A stretch of 63,165 nt of DNA, counting the filler, from Octopus bimaculoides (taxonomy: Eukaryota), in NCBI RefSeq assembly GCF_001194135.2. It is 5 parts of 5 records of this genome, joined end to end, with 100 filler letters (N's around TTAATTAATTAA, not from the genome) between each part and the next. Parts side by side here need not be neighbours in the genome. Positions count along the whole stretch, not along the records: positions 29,687 to 52,680 come from NC_068981.1; positions 52,781 to 56,255 come from NC_068990.1; positions 56,356 to 59,826 come from NC_068989.1; positions 59,927 to 63,165 come from NC_069007.1; 1 more part is not named here. One strand, 5' to 3'. The number at the start of each line of letters is the position of its first letter. Within the stretch, counting starts at the first letter, position 1. Below the pieces are notes generated by a model. It saw only the letters and a list, made by a program, of their open reading frames with translations. It was not told the DNA's origin and did not search any database. Below, piece after piece: positions 50,315 to 62,997 of the stretch. The position numbers and the translations under genes are program-made.

Positions 50315-52780
50315 NNNNNNNNNNNNNNNNNNNNNNNNNNNNNNNNNNNNNNNNNNNNNNNNNNNNNNNNNNNNNNNNNNNNNNNNNNNNNNNNNNNNNN
50401 NNNNNNNNNNNNNNNNNNNNNNNNNNNNNNNNNNNNNNNNNNNNNNNNNNNNNNNNNNNNNNNNNNNNNNNNNNNNNNNNNNNNNNNNNNNNNNNNNNNN
50501 NNNNNNNNNNNNNNNNNNNNNNNNNNNNNNNNNNNNNNNNNNNNNNNNNNNNNNNNNNNNNNNNNNNNNNNNNNNNNNNNNNNNNNNNNNNNNNNNNNNN
50601 NNNNNNNNNNNNNNNNNNNNNNNNNNNNNNNNNNNNNNNNNNNNNNNNNNNNNNNNNNNNNNNNNNNNNNNNNNNNNNNNNNNNNNNNNNNNNNNNNNNN
50701 NNNNNNNNNNNNNNNNNNNNNNNNNNNNNNNNNNNNNNNNNNNNNNNNNNNNNNNNNNNNNNNNNNNNNNNNNNNNNNNNNNNNNNNNNNNNNNNNNNNN
50801 NNNNNNNNNNNNNNNNNNNNNNNNNNNNNNNNNNNNNNNNNNNNNNNNNNNNNNNNNNNNNNNNNNNNNNNNNNNNNNNNNNNNNNNNNNNNNNNNNNNN
50901 NNNNNNNNNNNNNNNNNNNNNNNNNNNNNNNNNNNNNNNNNNNNNNNNNNNNNNNNNNNNNNNNNNNNNNNNNNNNNNNNNNNNNNNNNNNNNNNNNNNN
51001 NNNNNNNNNNNNNNNNNNNNNNNNNNNNNNNNNNNNNNNNNNNNNNNNNNNNNNNNNNNNNNNNNNNNNNNNNNNNNNNNNNNNNNNNNNNNNNNNNNNN
51101 NNNNNNNNNNNNNNNNNNNNNNNNNNNNNNNNNNNNNNNNNNNNNNNNNNNNNNNNNNNNNNNNNNNNNNNNNNNNNNNNNNNNNNNNNNNNNNNNNNNN
51201 NNNNNNNNNNNNNNNNNNNNNNNNNNNNNNNNNNNNNNNNNNNNNNNNNNNNNNNNNNNNNNNNNNNNNNNNNNNNNNNNNNNNNNNNNNNNNNNNNGAA
51301 GAAAGGTACCAGTGTGTTCTTTTTTTCTTTTGTTTACTTTTTTTCTCCAAATGGTGTCAGGTGACCTGTCTGGATGCTAAAGTTCCTTAATATCTTCCTA
51401 TTCTAAGACGGCAAGAATTTCATATAAAATTTACCCATATTCTCCTCAGAGGGTCTCAGTGAGGGTAGCCGGGCCGATCTAGAACAGTATCTCCTTATTA
51501 CATATAAATATATAATAAGGTGATCCTAGTAGAAACGGAGAAATACCGAATGAAAAACATTCCAATTTCGTGTAACGTCCGATTACATCCGAGGTGTCGT
51601 TTCATAGTTTTCGATCTTTTCGAAAGGGATCAATAAATCACGTTGTAGTGGTGATCGGTGATCGATTAAATCGATTACAGCTTGTACCAGAATGTGTTAG
51701 TCCTCTGCCCATCACCACCAGCATTACCATCGTCATCATCATCATCATCATCATCATCATCGTCATCATCGTACAACACAGTCCTTGTAACATCCTTTTC
51801 GTTGTTTAACCAACCCCAAATCCCGAGAAATTTTCAGAATTACTTCCTTATAAACACCAAAAACACAACAAAACCCCTACGGAAACGTTCACTGATTGCC
51901 ACTTTATCCTCCTCTCACTCTCTCGTCCTTATTTATTTGTTTGTTTGTTTATTTATTTTTATTAATTCTCTGTAATTTTCTTTGTTTCTTTCTCTTCCGT
52001 TTATTCTTCACTTTTCCAATCTTTCTTTTTCCCATGTCTTTTCTGTTTTTCTTCCGTCCTCATCTATATTCTTCGCTCCCTTTCATGTTTACGCCAAAAT
52101 CAGGAACACTGTTTCTTAAGTTGATTCGTTTATTTATTTTGTATTCCACCAGTTGCTCTTTAATCCTCTGTTTACTCAATACCGATCTAGCAGCATTCAA
52201 CCAGCTCCTAATCCATTATGCAGCCTTTACTCCATAATACATTACTCATCATAATGCAGGATTTATAATTAATCTGACAGATGGATTTGCATGAAGACAT
52301 TAAGATAGAATAATCTTCCTACCAATATACAGTGAATGGCTTTGAAAACTCTTACACACAAAACACGCGCAATGCACACATACACGTGTACGCACGAACG
52401 CACACGCTCACACACACGTGTGTGTGTGTGCATGTACGCACACGCATTTCTCACCAATACAGGAAGAGCTGCTTTCCAACCTGGAAACAAGGTTCTTTCA
52501 TTGGAATTTAAACAACATCTACTGAGCAGTCATGCATGTGTGCATGTTTCTACACACACGCGCACACACATATATATGCATATATATACACATGTATATA
52601 TATGTATATGTATGTATGTACGTATGTATGTACGTATGTATGTACGTATGTATATGTATATATATATATATATATATATANNNNNNNNNNNNNNNNNNNN
52701 NNNNNNNNNNNNNNNNNNNNNNNNTTAATTAATTAANNNNNNNNNNNNNNNNNNNNNNNNNNNNNNNNNNNNNNNNNNNN

Positions 52781-53099
52781 TTGTAGGTAGGCATTGATCT
52801 TGGGCTGCTATGATAAACCCCTCTGTTTCTGATTTCAAGCCAGAGGCCATTAACCATTGGTGGGTAAGGGCTTTGTTAATATCTGCATTATTCGCTCTCT
52901 TTGGGTATTTGCCATTGAGAGGTTTTCCATGCCATTTTTCAGGTCATAATATCTAAGGCAGCAATTTTAGCACGGGTTTTCAAGCGCTTAGCTTTTTCTG
53001 CAGGTGTTTCTAGTTCGTCTAATTCTTGAATTTGTTGCAATTGGAATTCACTTAGATATTCCTTTGCCTGTTTTGTTACTGAGTAAGATGCTTTCTTGC
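52781..53099 (-). mobile_element. R4/Dong-clade LINE internal fragment, lineage B
   Basis: One frame, one stop: KKASYSVTKQAKEYL...WKPLNGKYPKRANNADINKALTHQWLMASGLKSETEGFIIAAQDQCLPT (R4 motif KPLHG...LKxETEGxIxAAQDQxLxT). Runs into a scaffold spacer. Confidence 0.88.
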
Positions 53100-53548
53100 T
53101 GCCTTTGCATAGCTTCTAACGCTGGAGATGTACTACCGTGTCAGCTGTTCACTACGAGTGAACTAAGGTAATACCTCTTATTTTTCGAGCACCATCCGGA
53201 GTATTCGAGCGGTTCCAAGCAGTGCTGTTTTCTGCAAGTGTTCCACTCTTATCGCAGCCCCTATTTGTTCCATGTACTTCTCAAAAATTTTACTCACTGT
53301 TCTCAGGGCTCCGACAATTATTGGTACTACTACCATCTTTTTCATCGTCCACTTCTGCTTAACCTCCCAAGCTAACCTGTCATATCTCTCGACATTTCTT
53401 TCTTCCTTATCGCATGACTTGTTGTCAGCTGGACATGCTATATCTATGATCCAGCATAGTTTGCTTTCTTTCTCAATTAAGATTATGTCTGGTTTCCTAT
53501 TCTCTATCTCATGGTTGCACTGAATCATAAAATCCCATAGGATCTTTG
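53100..53548 (-). mobile_element. 5'-truncated R4/Dong-clade LINE, lineage A (REL domain plus complete 3' UTR)
   Basis: ORF 53178..53528, RKPDIILIEKESKLCWIIDIACP...QKTALLGTARILRMVLEK*, is stop-free with an intact PD..D. Co-linear with 32210-32657 including the UTR end GCAAAGGCA. Confidence 0.93.
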
Positions 53549-53609
53549 AATCGGGTTATGGACTTGATTATTATTATTATTTTCATCACTATGATTATTA
53601 TCATTATTC

Positions 53610-53660
53610 GGGCGGTGAGCTGGCGGAATCGTTAGCACCTTGGACAAAATGCTTATCGGT
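53610..53660 (+). mobile_element. SINE family A, 5' head only
   Basis: GGCGGTGAGCTGGCGGAATCGTTAGCACCTTGGACAAAATGCTTA. Confidence 0.7.
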
Positions 53661-54374
53661 AGTCTTTCTTTCCCGTGTTATTTTGCATGGCTTCAACGAA
53701 TGTAACATTGAAATCACGCGTAAACGTCTCCTTTAAGCTGCCTATATAAAAAAAAAAAAAACTTCATTACCAGAAGTAATTTTACACTGGTGTATAGAAT
53801 CTTTAATTTTAGAGTTACTTGCCATAAACTTGATTCTGTTGTAATTGACTTCAGATAAAATAACGTTGTTATTAATATTTCTAGGAGGATGGATGGTATT
53901 AACTAAATTAATGTTAGTAGTAGTAAATGTATCCCGGAGTTTCTGCCTTTAAAAACAATGAGTTACAACNNNNNNNNNNNNNNNNNNNNNNNNNNNNNNN
54001 NNNNNNNNNNNNNNNNNNNNNNNNNNNNNNNNNNNNNNNNNNNNNNNNNNNNNNNNNNNNNNNNNNNNNNNNNNNNNNNNNNNNNNNNNNNNNNNNNNNN
54101 NNNNNNNNNNNNNNNNNNNNNNNNNNNNNNNNNNNNNNNNNNNNNNNNNNNNNNNNNNNNNNNNNNNNNNNNNNNNNNNNNNNNNNNNNNNNNNNNNNNN
54201 NNNNNNNNNNNNNNNNNNNNNNNNNNNNNNNNNNNNNNNNNNNNNNNNNNNNNNNNNNNNNNNNNNNNNNNNNNNNNNNNNNNNNNNNNNNNNNNNNNNN
54301 NNNNNNNNNNNNNNNNNNNNNNNNNNNNNNNNNNNNNNNNNNNNNNNNNNNNNNNNNNNNNNNNNNNNNNNNNN

Positions 54375-54495
<121 letters not shown>

Positions 54496-55031
54496 GAAAA
54501 AGTGAAAATGTTGATGTGTGTTTTAGCATAAGTATGCTACAAAGAAAATTGAACGAAAATTTCTATGAATCAAGTTTTAATGAAGATAATGTTTTTTCGC
54601 TTTATTTTTTCTTAAATAGAAATTACAAAAAAACTACAAGAAACATAATTGCTAGGATAGAAGCAGAGAATTGGAGAATAGAATCTTAAAATCAGAAAGT
54701 AAAACAAGATTCAATGTAGAAAATATTTCAGAAAGCATCTGCATTAGTATCTCCTGTGAAGACGTTTTGTAGAGTATCGTATTTTCTATACAAATGGAAA
54801 TATTTCATTGAAACCAGACCGATATGTTTCGACGTAAGCTGAATTAATTGATTTTAAATATAACCCTAAATATAAGAGATATTCTTTCCGGTTATTAGCA
54901 TCGGCAGAATATTAACAAATTAAGTGGTTGCTAATCTTTCTAACGAGAATAAAAATACAAAATCACGAGATATGAAAAAAGCGAATTATTTTTTAAAATT
55001 TACTCCTTTGCCTGTTCAAAGCAAAATCCAT

Positions 55032-55176
55032 ACTTATGTCCACACTTATGTGGACATTTAGTCCACATAAGTGTGGACTAAATGTCGATCCTTGTTGCCA
55101 AACTTTTAGCTAGCCCTTAGAAAGGGCTGACTAAAGACTTTTTTAGTTAGACCCCAGAAAAGGTTAACTAAAAGTC
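55032..55176. repeat. Cluster of short inverted repeats/hairpins
   Basis: GTCCACACTTATGTGGAC (55038-55055) and its exact reverse complement (55061-55078); a 14-bp stem 55053-55066/55073-55086; further hairpins at 55105-55135 and 55136-55176. Confidence 0.9.
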
Positions 55177-55324
55177 TTAGAAAGCTTTCCTTTCATAAGT
55201 TTCGCGTTACTTTGTTGTTTGAGAAAAAGATGGTAACGCACATCATATATGATTCATGAACGCCAGGGTAATATGTTCCATTGGCTCGTGTATAAGGGTT
55301 GCTGTAGGTGCCATCGCACCCGCT

Positions 55325-56250
55325 TTCCATAAACCAAATGAGAATACCTACAACATCGACAGAGGTTCTAACCATCCACTATCAGTAATCAAGCAATTAG
55401 TAAATTGCATTGGCAGACATGTATCCATGCTATCCACTGATGAAGCCACGTCCAAAACAGCATCCTCATATTACAATGCCGCTTTAGAAGGGTTCAATTT
55501 TAAGAACAATATAAACTCCATCGAATAAAACTTAGATAAGCCAAAAAAGAAGTGGACGTAGGAGGAAAGTTTTGTCGTATAATCCTCCATACAGCATGAA
55601 TGTGGCTACATATAAAGCAAAACGATTTCTGAAATATGTAGATACCCACATCCCACACTCACATAAATATTAAATATTTAATAGAAACACGGTTGGATTT
55701 AGTAATAGTTGTTTCTCCAACATAGGTGCGATGATCTTCAATCACAATATGAATAATAGTATTGGAAACACCCCTCAGAGGGCTTGTAGCTGCAGTTTCC
55801 TTATATATCTGTCCTCTGAACAATGCGTATCTGAAAAAAGAACGGGTTTACAAGGACCAGAAAAACTTACATTGCAATGACTAGAAATAATGTCAAGGAA
55901 AGATGCATACACACTGCACTCGACTTTACTGAGCGATAAGAGAAAAGAAATGAAACATTTTTGGCAAACGTATTACGGAAACTTGAAGACAGGGTGTTTC
56001 ACAACTCCCACATGGGTTCGAAGGAGGACCCACAATAGTTAACAAGTGAGACAGAGACAGGCAGAAACAAGAAAAATGCCGCTGTTACTTGAATACTATA
56101 CAAATATGTCGTTAAAAAGACTTTTCTTTTAAATTTACCAAAATTTAATTTTTCAATAAGTTTTCAAAAATCTATTATTCATATTTACTGTTGAAAAGAT
56201 CTCAAGGATCGAAACCGGTTCTGTAATGTTCTTTATAAAAGTATTCTAGC
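55325..56250 (+). mobile_element. Decayed Penelope-like element 3' part (RT thumb, linker, GIY-YIG, terminal repeat)
   Basis: FHKPNENTYNIDRGSNHPLSVIKQL...YYNAALE (ORF 55256..55528), LSYNPPYSMNVATYKAKRFLKYVD, IFNHN, CSC..CPL, and YIAMTRNNVKER (GIY-YIG second motif), all in PLE order. Confidence 0.85.
56185..56226 (+). ncRNA. Degenerate minimal type I hammerhead at the Penelope 3' end
   Basis: TTACTG-[TTGAAAA]-GATCT(CAA)GGATC-[GAAAC]-CG-GT-T-CTGTAA. All three stems are recoverable and stem III is the palindrome ACCGGT. The core differs from CTGAAGA at 2 positions. Confidence 0.6.
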
Positions 56251-56619
56251 ATTTTNNNNNNNNNNNNNNNNNNNNNNNNNNNNNNNNNNNNNNNNNNNNT
56301 TAATTAATTAANNNNNNNNNNNNNNNNNNNNNNNNNNNNNNNNNNNNNNNNNNNNTATATATATATATATATATATATTGCAAGAGAGTTAGGGGTTGAG
56401 GATTCAACCCACTAAGGGATAGTATCTATCCAATATACTGCTGGGAGGGTACCCAATTATTGTTACACTAGTGTTATACCAAGTGCAATAAGTGGGTGCG
56501 GGTAAAAGGGGGTTATTTTACCTGGAGAAATGGAGAATGAGAGTGGAGAAAATCACATCGTTAATTGGTGGTTACACGATGTAGTACCGACGATAGGTTC
56601 CGTTGTGCCAGTATTTAGA

Positions 56620-56870
56620 TACAAAAAATGTGAATCGTATTAGTGTATCCTAGAATACATGTTGACACATCGTTATCAAGGTAATCCAATATTGTGAACT
56701 AAAAAAATATGTCCAGAATCATATAATTTGTAGGACATAAATTGAATTCCCACATGATTTTCACCATTCGTAATGCATATTTTGATGCACTTGCGTGATT
56801 CACATGAACCCAATACAGTAAGTCCATATTTCCGGCAATTTGAGCACATCACTTCGTGCTAATTTTATTG
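56620..56870 (-). mobile_element. Possible fossil LINE ORF1 (gag-like zinc knuckle)
   Basis: MCSNCRKYGLTVLGSCESRKCIKIC...H resembles the CxxCxxxGH knuckles of I/Jockey-group ORF1, but the His is missing. Confidence 0.25.
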
Positions 56871-57810
56871 AGACCCTCTACATTTATAACTTGTTTTATG
56901 TTCTTTGAATCACACTCTGAAAAACGCAGAATAATTCCCATATTTCCCCATTCTTAATATACATTTTTTCTCTTCAATACAACTAAGCTTCGATTTTCGG
57001 AAAGGTAGTTAACTTTTGATGATTTTGTCACTTACATGCAATTATATAGCATGGAAATATGTAATTCTCAAATATATGCAATACAGAGACTGTACAAATA
57101 AAGAGAAACGTCGTTAGTTTATATCTTTCAAATCGTATGATTGCATAAGACTGTAAAATACCATAGGGAGAGGAAACTGTATTAAAATATCTTTCTTTGA
57201 ATCAACTTACAATGTAATATTGTGTAGTGGGACGCCACCAAAGGTTGTGCAATATGATTGTTATTAGGTTATCATACCTGAAGCAATCTTGTTTCGGAAT
57301 TATTTATATATATTACATATAATAGAAGACTTGTTGTTTCTCATAAGTAAAATGACTATTTTATTTTGAGGTAAAATTTGTTGTTTTGGGACCGATACCC
57401 ACGGCAATTCTTGTTTGAACCTTAATTATTATCATATCAGATTTCACTAATAATGTGAAGCATAAGTATATTGATTTATAACAACTAGTTATTTGTACTA
57501 CTATGGCTAAGTGTAATTTTAAACAAAATATGTGTGTATCAGTGTTACTATGTGTGTGCCTGTATGTAGAAGTGTATGTATCCCTTTCAACGATATCTAT
57601 CACCGAAGAATGAAATGGCCAGCAAAAAAAACTTTAAAGGTATTGCTGTACGAAGAAATCGCCTTCAGATATTTGCCCTGCATCTAATCATAAAAGCACC
57701 CTTCTATTTTAACTTTAAGCAGTGATATGAAATAAAGTCTATTCCGTTGTTGACTTGTGATGCACGCTACTATTGTTTCTCAAGCACAACATAAAGTATA
57801 TAAGCGGATG

Positions 57811-57860
<50 letters not shown>

Positions 57861-59597
57861 NNNNNNNNNNNNNNNNNNNNNNNNNNNNNNNNNNNNNNNN
57901 NNNNNNNNNNNNNNNNNNNNNNNNNNNNNNNNNNNNNNNNNNNNNNNNNNNNNNNNNNNNNNNNNNNNNNNNNNNNNNNNNNNNNNNNNNNNNNNNNNNN
58001 NNNNNNNNNNNNNNNNNNNNNNNNNNNNNNNNNNNNNNNNNNNNNNNNNNNNNNNNNNNNNNNNNNNNNNNNNNNNNNNNNNNNNNNNNNNNNNNNNNNN
58101 NNNNNNNNNNNNNNNNNNNNNNNNNNNNNNNNNNNNNNNNNNNNNNNNNNNNNNNNNNNNNNNNNNNNNNNNNNNNNNNNNNNNNNNNNNNNNNNNNNNN
58201 NNNNNATATATATATATATATATATATAAATTCTTAGCTGTCGGATGCATTGTGAATTGTGAATCTTAATAGAATTTATTACTCCTTAAATTGACACAAG
58301 AGGAGTATAGTCAGCCGATTCGATATCCAATATGTCACTTGCATTTACTGTCTTTTTAAGTTCAGATAAATTAAAGAAAAACCAACCCAGAAGAACTTTC
58401 AGTCAAGTTATTAAATACTGTGAATTATTTTGTTTGCTGCTCTATTGGATACTGCTGCTCATCACACTCCCTCTCTCTTCCTCCTTTGTCTTCCTCTCTC
58501 CAATTCTTCCCTCTCTCTCTTTCTCAGTTTCTTCACTCTGTCTCTGTTTCATATTTTCATAATAAATCAAAACGTACAAAGCCAATATTTGAAATATATT
58601 TATGTCAATAACAAGTTTAAAAGTGATATTTATGAAAGAACTACCACAAAAATCTAATGACATTTTAAGATATTTTACGATATTTTCTGCATACATTCAT
58701 TCATCACCATCTAAGAACAAATTAACATTTGGTAAATATCATCGTATCATATACTGTACGTTTGCAGTTTTGAGATAGATGTCAGATACTTTTTTTTTAA
58801 ATTCCTAATTATATTCACCTTACAATCTGTTAGATTTATTAAATTTCCTTGCTCTGTATTATCTTAATTAGAACATATTGAAAAATAAATGCAAAATTTA
58901 ATATCAGAATCTACATGAGATTTCAATCAATTTTCACAACTGTATTGCAGAGATATTTACAGAAGTGTGTATATATTGAAGTTACATATAAGTACATTCC
59001 TCGTTTCTTTTTATGCACTCTCAAAACAGCCATATTGTATATCAGCTTTTTGAAAGCAGAAGCTATAATATTAAATTTATTTATTGACAATCTTCAGAAT
59101 TCACTTTACAATAATACCTTTCGTTAATGTTTCGCGAAGAATGTATCATGCATCATTTTAGTTTCTACTTGAAATGTTTCTATTGGGAAAACGTAAATTT
59201 TCCTCGTGTGAAGTACGCTGGGAAAATATCAGTAACAAAGCTACTTCTTATCATATTTTGTAAGATTAAAATTGCTTTTGATTCAATTACTTACGTTAAA
59301 ATGTGAAGAATAGCAGGTGCTTATTGAGACAGGAATAGTTAAAAAGAAATTTATGTATACAGGAAAAGTTAATAAGAAATATATATATAAAGATATATAT
59401 GTATGAGAATACATATGTATGTGTGTATGTATGTATAACTTGTTATTAACATGAAACATAAAGGGAAAATACTTTCATATTTCTGGGCACATTGCTTGGT
59501 AACTAGAAGCATACATAAATATGCGTGTGTGCATCTGTGCCTGTGCATGCATGTATATAGATACACACGCACATATACATGTGTGCATGTGTATAAG

Positions 59598-59631
<34 letters not shown>

Positions 59632-59926
59632 AAGTAAAGTTGTGGAATACCGTACGAGTGGAAATATATATGAAAGAAAGTTTGAAAATGCACTTATTTT
59701 TAAAAAATATTTATTTACTTAACCAGTTTCACTTTTTTAGAAAAAGATTATCAAAAGTCTTTGAGAATAATAAAAAATGTTAAAAAACAGTCTGAGTATT
59801 AAAATGCATATATACATTCTTTGATGNNNNNNNNNNNNNNNNNNNNNNNNNNNNNNNNNNNNNNNNNNNNTTAATTAATTAANNNNNNNNNNNNNNNNNN
59901 NNNNNNNNNNNNNNNNNNNNNNNNNN

Positions 59927-59964
<38 letters not shown>

Positions 59965-60699
59965 GTTGTTGTACTTGGGGATGGTCATATTTGTGAGTCG
60001 GTACGTATATCAACCTGCCCGCCTGTCCGTTCCTTTCTTTATCTGTCCTTGGCTGGTGTTCAACAGAGAATCAATTTGACCTGTGTCCTTTGCTTAGCAA
60101 TGAAAACTGAACAGCCCTGGCGACGTTGTAGTAGTAGTAGTAGTAGTAGTAGTAGTAATCAGTTCTTTTTTTTCGTTTTTTTTTTGTTTTTCTTTGAACC
60201 GGAAGTAAACCTAACTCCCTGTAGAATCACGCACATCCGGTATAGTTCTACAGTTAACTTTTCGTCCAGATGTGTTTGATCCCCATCCTGAGCTTTGACT
60301 GTACAACTCTTTCGGACATTTCCGGCTGACCGTTGTTAAGATGATAATAGCAGCGGCGGTAGCAGCAGCAGCAGCAGTAGTAGTAGTAGTTGCTGTTGTC
60401 GTTGTTTCTAATTTAGAAAAAAAAGTTGTCACCGGCCAAACATCTCTCTCGCAACATTATAATAGGTCGCATTGATTTCTGCCTTCGGTCTAGTGGTGAT
60501 TGTTGTTGTTGTGGTTGTTGTTGTGGTTGTTGTTGCTGTTGGTGTTGGCGGTGTTGGCGGCGGTGGCGGTGGCGTTTATCGTCCATTCAATTATGGATAC
60601 GTTTGTATGTCATTTTGAAAATAGCTAATTTCCTTTCAAACAGCAGACGACCGTTTTTTTGTTTCATATGTATTATTCAGAATACAAATTATCACAATG

Positions 60700-61240
60700 C
60701 AACAGCAGCATCAACGACACCAACATCACCAGCACCACCGCCACCACTAGCACCAGCAACAACAACAACAACAGCACCAACAGCAGCAACAACAACAACA
60801 ACAGCACTGCCCATATCACCAGCATCAACTCTGCCACCGCCGCTGCTGCTGTCGCCAATATCCCCAGCAACACCAACAGCCTCACTGCCAACAACAACAA
60901 CACCACCTGCACCACCGCCGCTGCCACCACCAATGCCACCTGTATCAACGACATCAATACTGTACTAACACCACCACCATCACTATCATCACAAACAACA
61001 CCAGCAGCACCCAAAAAAGCCACCACCGTCGCTGCCAACAACACCAGTACCATAAACAGAAATAACAAGACCACCACCACCGAAAGTAGCTTCAACAACA
61101 CAACCGCTACCCACCACCACCACCAACCACCACCACAAACAACAACATCAACAACTACATCACTACCAACAGCATCACCACCAGCGTCAACAACAGCAAC
61201 CATAGCAAATATGCCACCACCACCACCACCACCTTCTACC
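60700..61240. repeat. Cryptic (ACC/AAC/AGC)n low-complexity tract
   Basis: Directly visible; source of the long Thr/Asn/Pro/Val-rich pseudo-ORFs. Confidence 0.9.
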
Positions 61241-61539
61241 CGTTACCTTATCGCTGTTCAATTTTTTTTTGTATTATCTCTGCTGTTGTTATTTTTTGTT
61301 TTGTTTTATTATCATTTTTTTTTTCATTTTTCCTGTCCTTCTTTGTTCTATTTTTCTTCCGTCCCCCCCCCACTCATTTATTCATCATTTCTTTTATTTT
61401 CCCCCTTTTCCTTTCTTTCTTTCATTCTTTTTGCCTTTTTTTGATTCTTTTTTCGTTGTGTTTTTTTCCCTTCTATCCCCGCCATTCTACTTTTAATAAT
61501 TCACACGTGCATTTATTATTATTACACGTGCATTAATCA

Positions 61540-61608
61540 TCATAATCACCATCATCATTATCATCATCATCACCACTATCGTTGTCGTCATCGTCATCGT
61601 CGTCGTCG

Positions 61609-61654
<46 letters not shown>

Positions 61655-61712
61655 TTTCATTGTTATTTATTGTTAGTAAGATTGGTGGTATCATTGTTAT
61701 TACTACTACTAC

Positions 61713-61793
<81 letters not shown>

Positions 61794-61810
61794 TTTTCAT
61801 TATTATTTTT
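61540..61810. repeat. Compound (ATC/GTC)n(ACT)n(ATT)n(ATTT)n
   Basis: Directly visible. Confidence 0.95.
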
Positions 61811-62926
61811 AGTATTATTGTTATTGCTGTTCCTATTATTATTCCTCTTTGCATCTCTGCTCAGGCGTGTCCATCTAATGTCCGAGTGGCAATGAAGCTA
61901 ATCTGCTGGTAGATATAATTACTATTGACCGAATATGTTCACAACTCGTTTCGTTGCCAACGTTTAATGTTAACACACTTGTGGCAGACCGAAGGAGCAT
62001 ATATATGTGTGTGTATGTGTGTGAGTGTGTGTGTGTGTATACATGTGTATGTATGTATGTATGTATATATATATATATACATATATATATGAATATATAT
62101 ATATATATATATATATGAATATATATATATATATATATATATATNNNNNNNNNNNNNNNNNNNNNNNNNNNNNNNNNNNNNNNNNNNNNNNNNNNNNNNN
62201 NNNNNNNNNNNNNNNNNNNNNNNNNNNNNNNNNNNNNNNNNNNNNNNNNNNNNNNNNNNNNNNNNNNNNNNNNNNNNNNNNNNNNNNNNNNNNNNNNNNN
62301 NNNNNNNNNNNNNNNNNNNNNNNNNNNNNNNNNNNNNNNNNNNNNNNNNNNNNNNNNNNNNNNNNNNNNNNNNNNNNNNNNNNNNNNNNNNNNNNNNNNN
62401 NNNNNNNNNNNNNNNNNNNNNNNNNNNNNNNNNNNNNNNNNNNNNNNNNNNNNNNNNNNNNNNNNNNNNNNNNNNNNNNNNNNNNNNNNNNNNNNNNNNN
62501 NNNNNNNNNNNNNNNNNNNNNNNNNNNNNNNNNNNNNNNNNNNNNNNNNNNNNNNNNNNNNNNNNNNNNNNNNNNNNNNNNNNNNNNNNNNNNNNNNNNN
62601 NNNNNNNNNNNNNNNNNNNNNNNNNNNNNNNNNNNNNNNNTATATACATATATACATATATACATATATATGTACATTTATACAGATACACACATATGTA
62701 CATATATATATGCATATATATATATATGCATATATATATGTATATATATATATATATATATATGCATGTATGTATGAATGTTTGTTTATATGTGTATGTA
62801 TATATGTGTGTGTGAATATATATATACATGTATATATGATGCATACGTATACACATACACACACATATATATATATACATATATACATGTATACATATAA
62901 GCACATGTGTGTTTGTGTGAATATCT

Positions 62927-62997
<71 letters not shown>

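Noticed and set aside
60205-60262. miR-10-like hairpin (CCCTGTAGAA...TTCTACAG)
   Set aside because: Only an 8-9-bp stem; the sequence departs from miR-10/miR-993 after the first few bases and there is no extended pre-miRNA duplex.
60426-61444. Three overlapping long ORFs (180-261 aa) rich in Thr/Asn/Pro/Val, superficially mucin-like
   Set aside because: Open in several frames and on both strands over a cryptic trinucleotide tract; no domain and no convincing splice signals.
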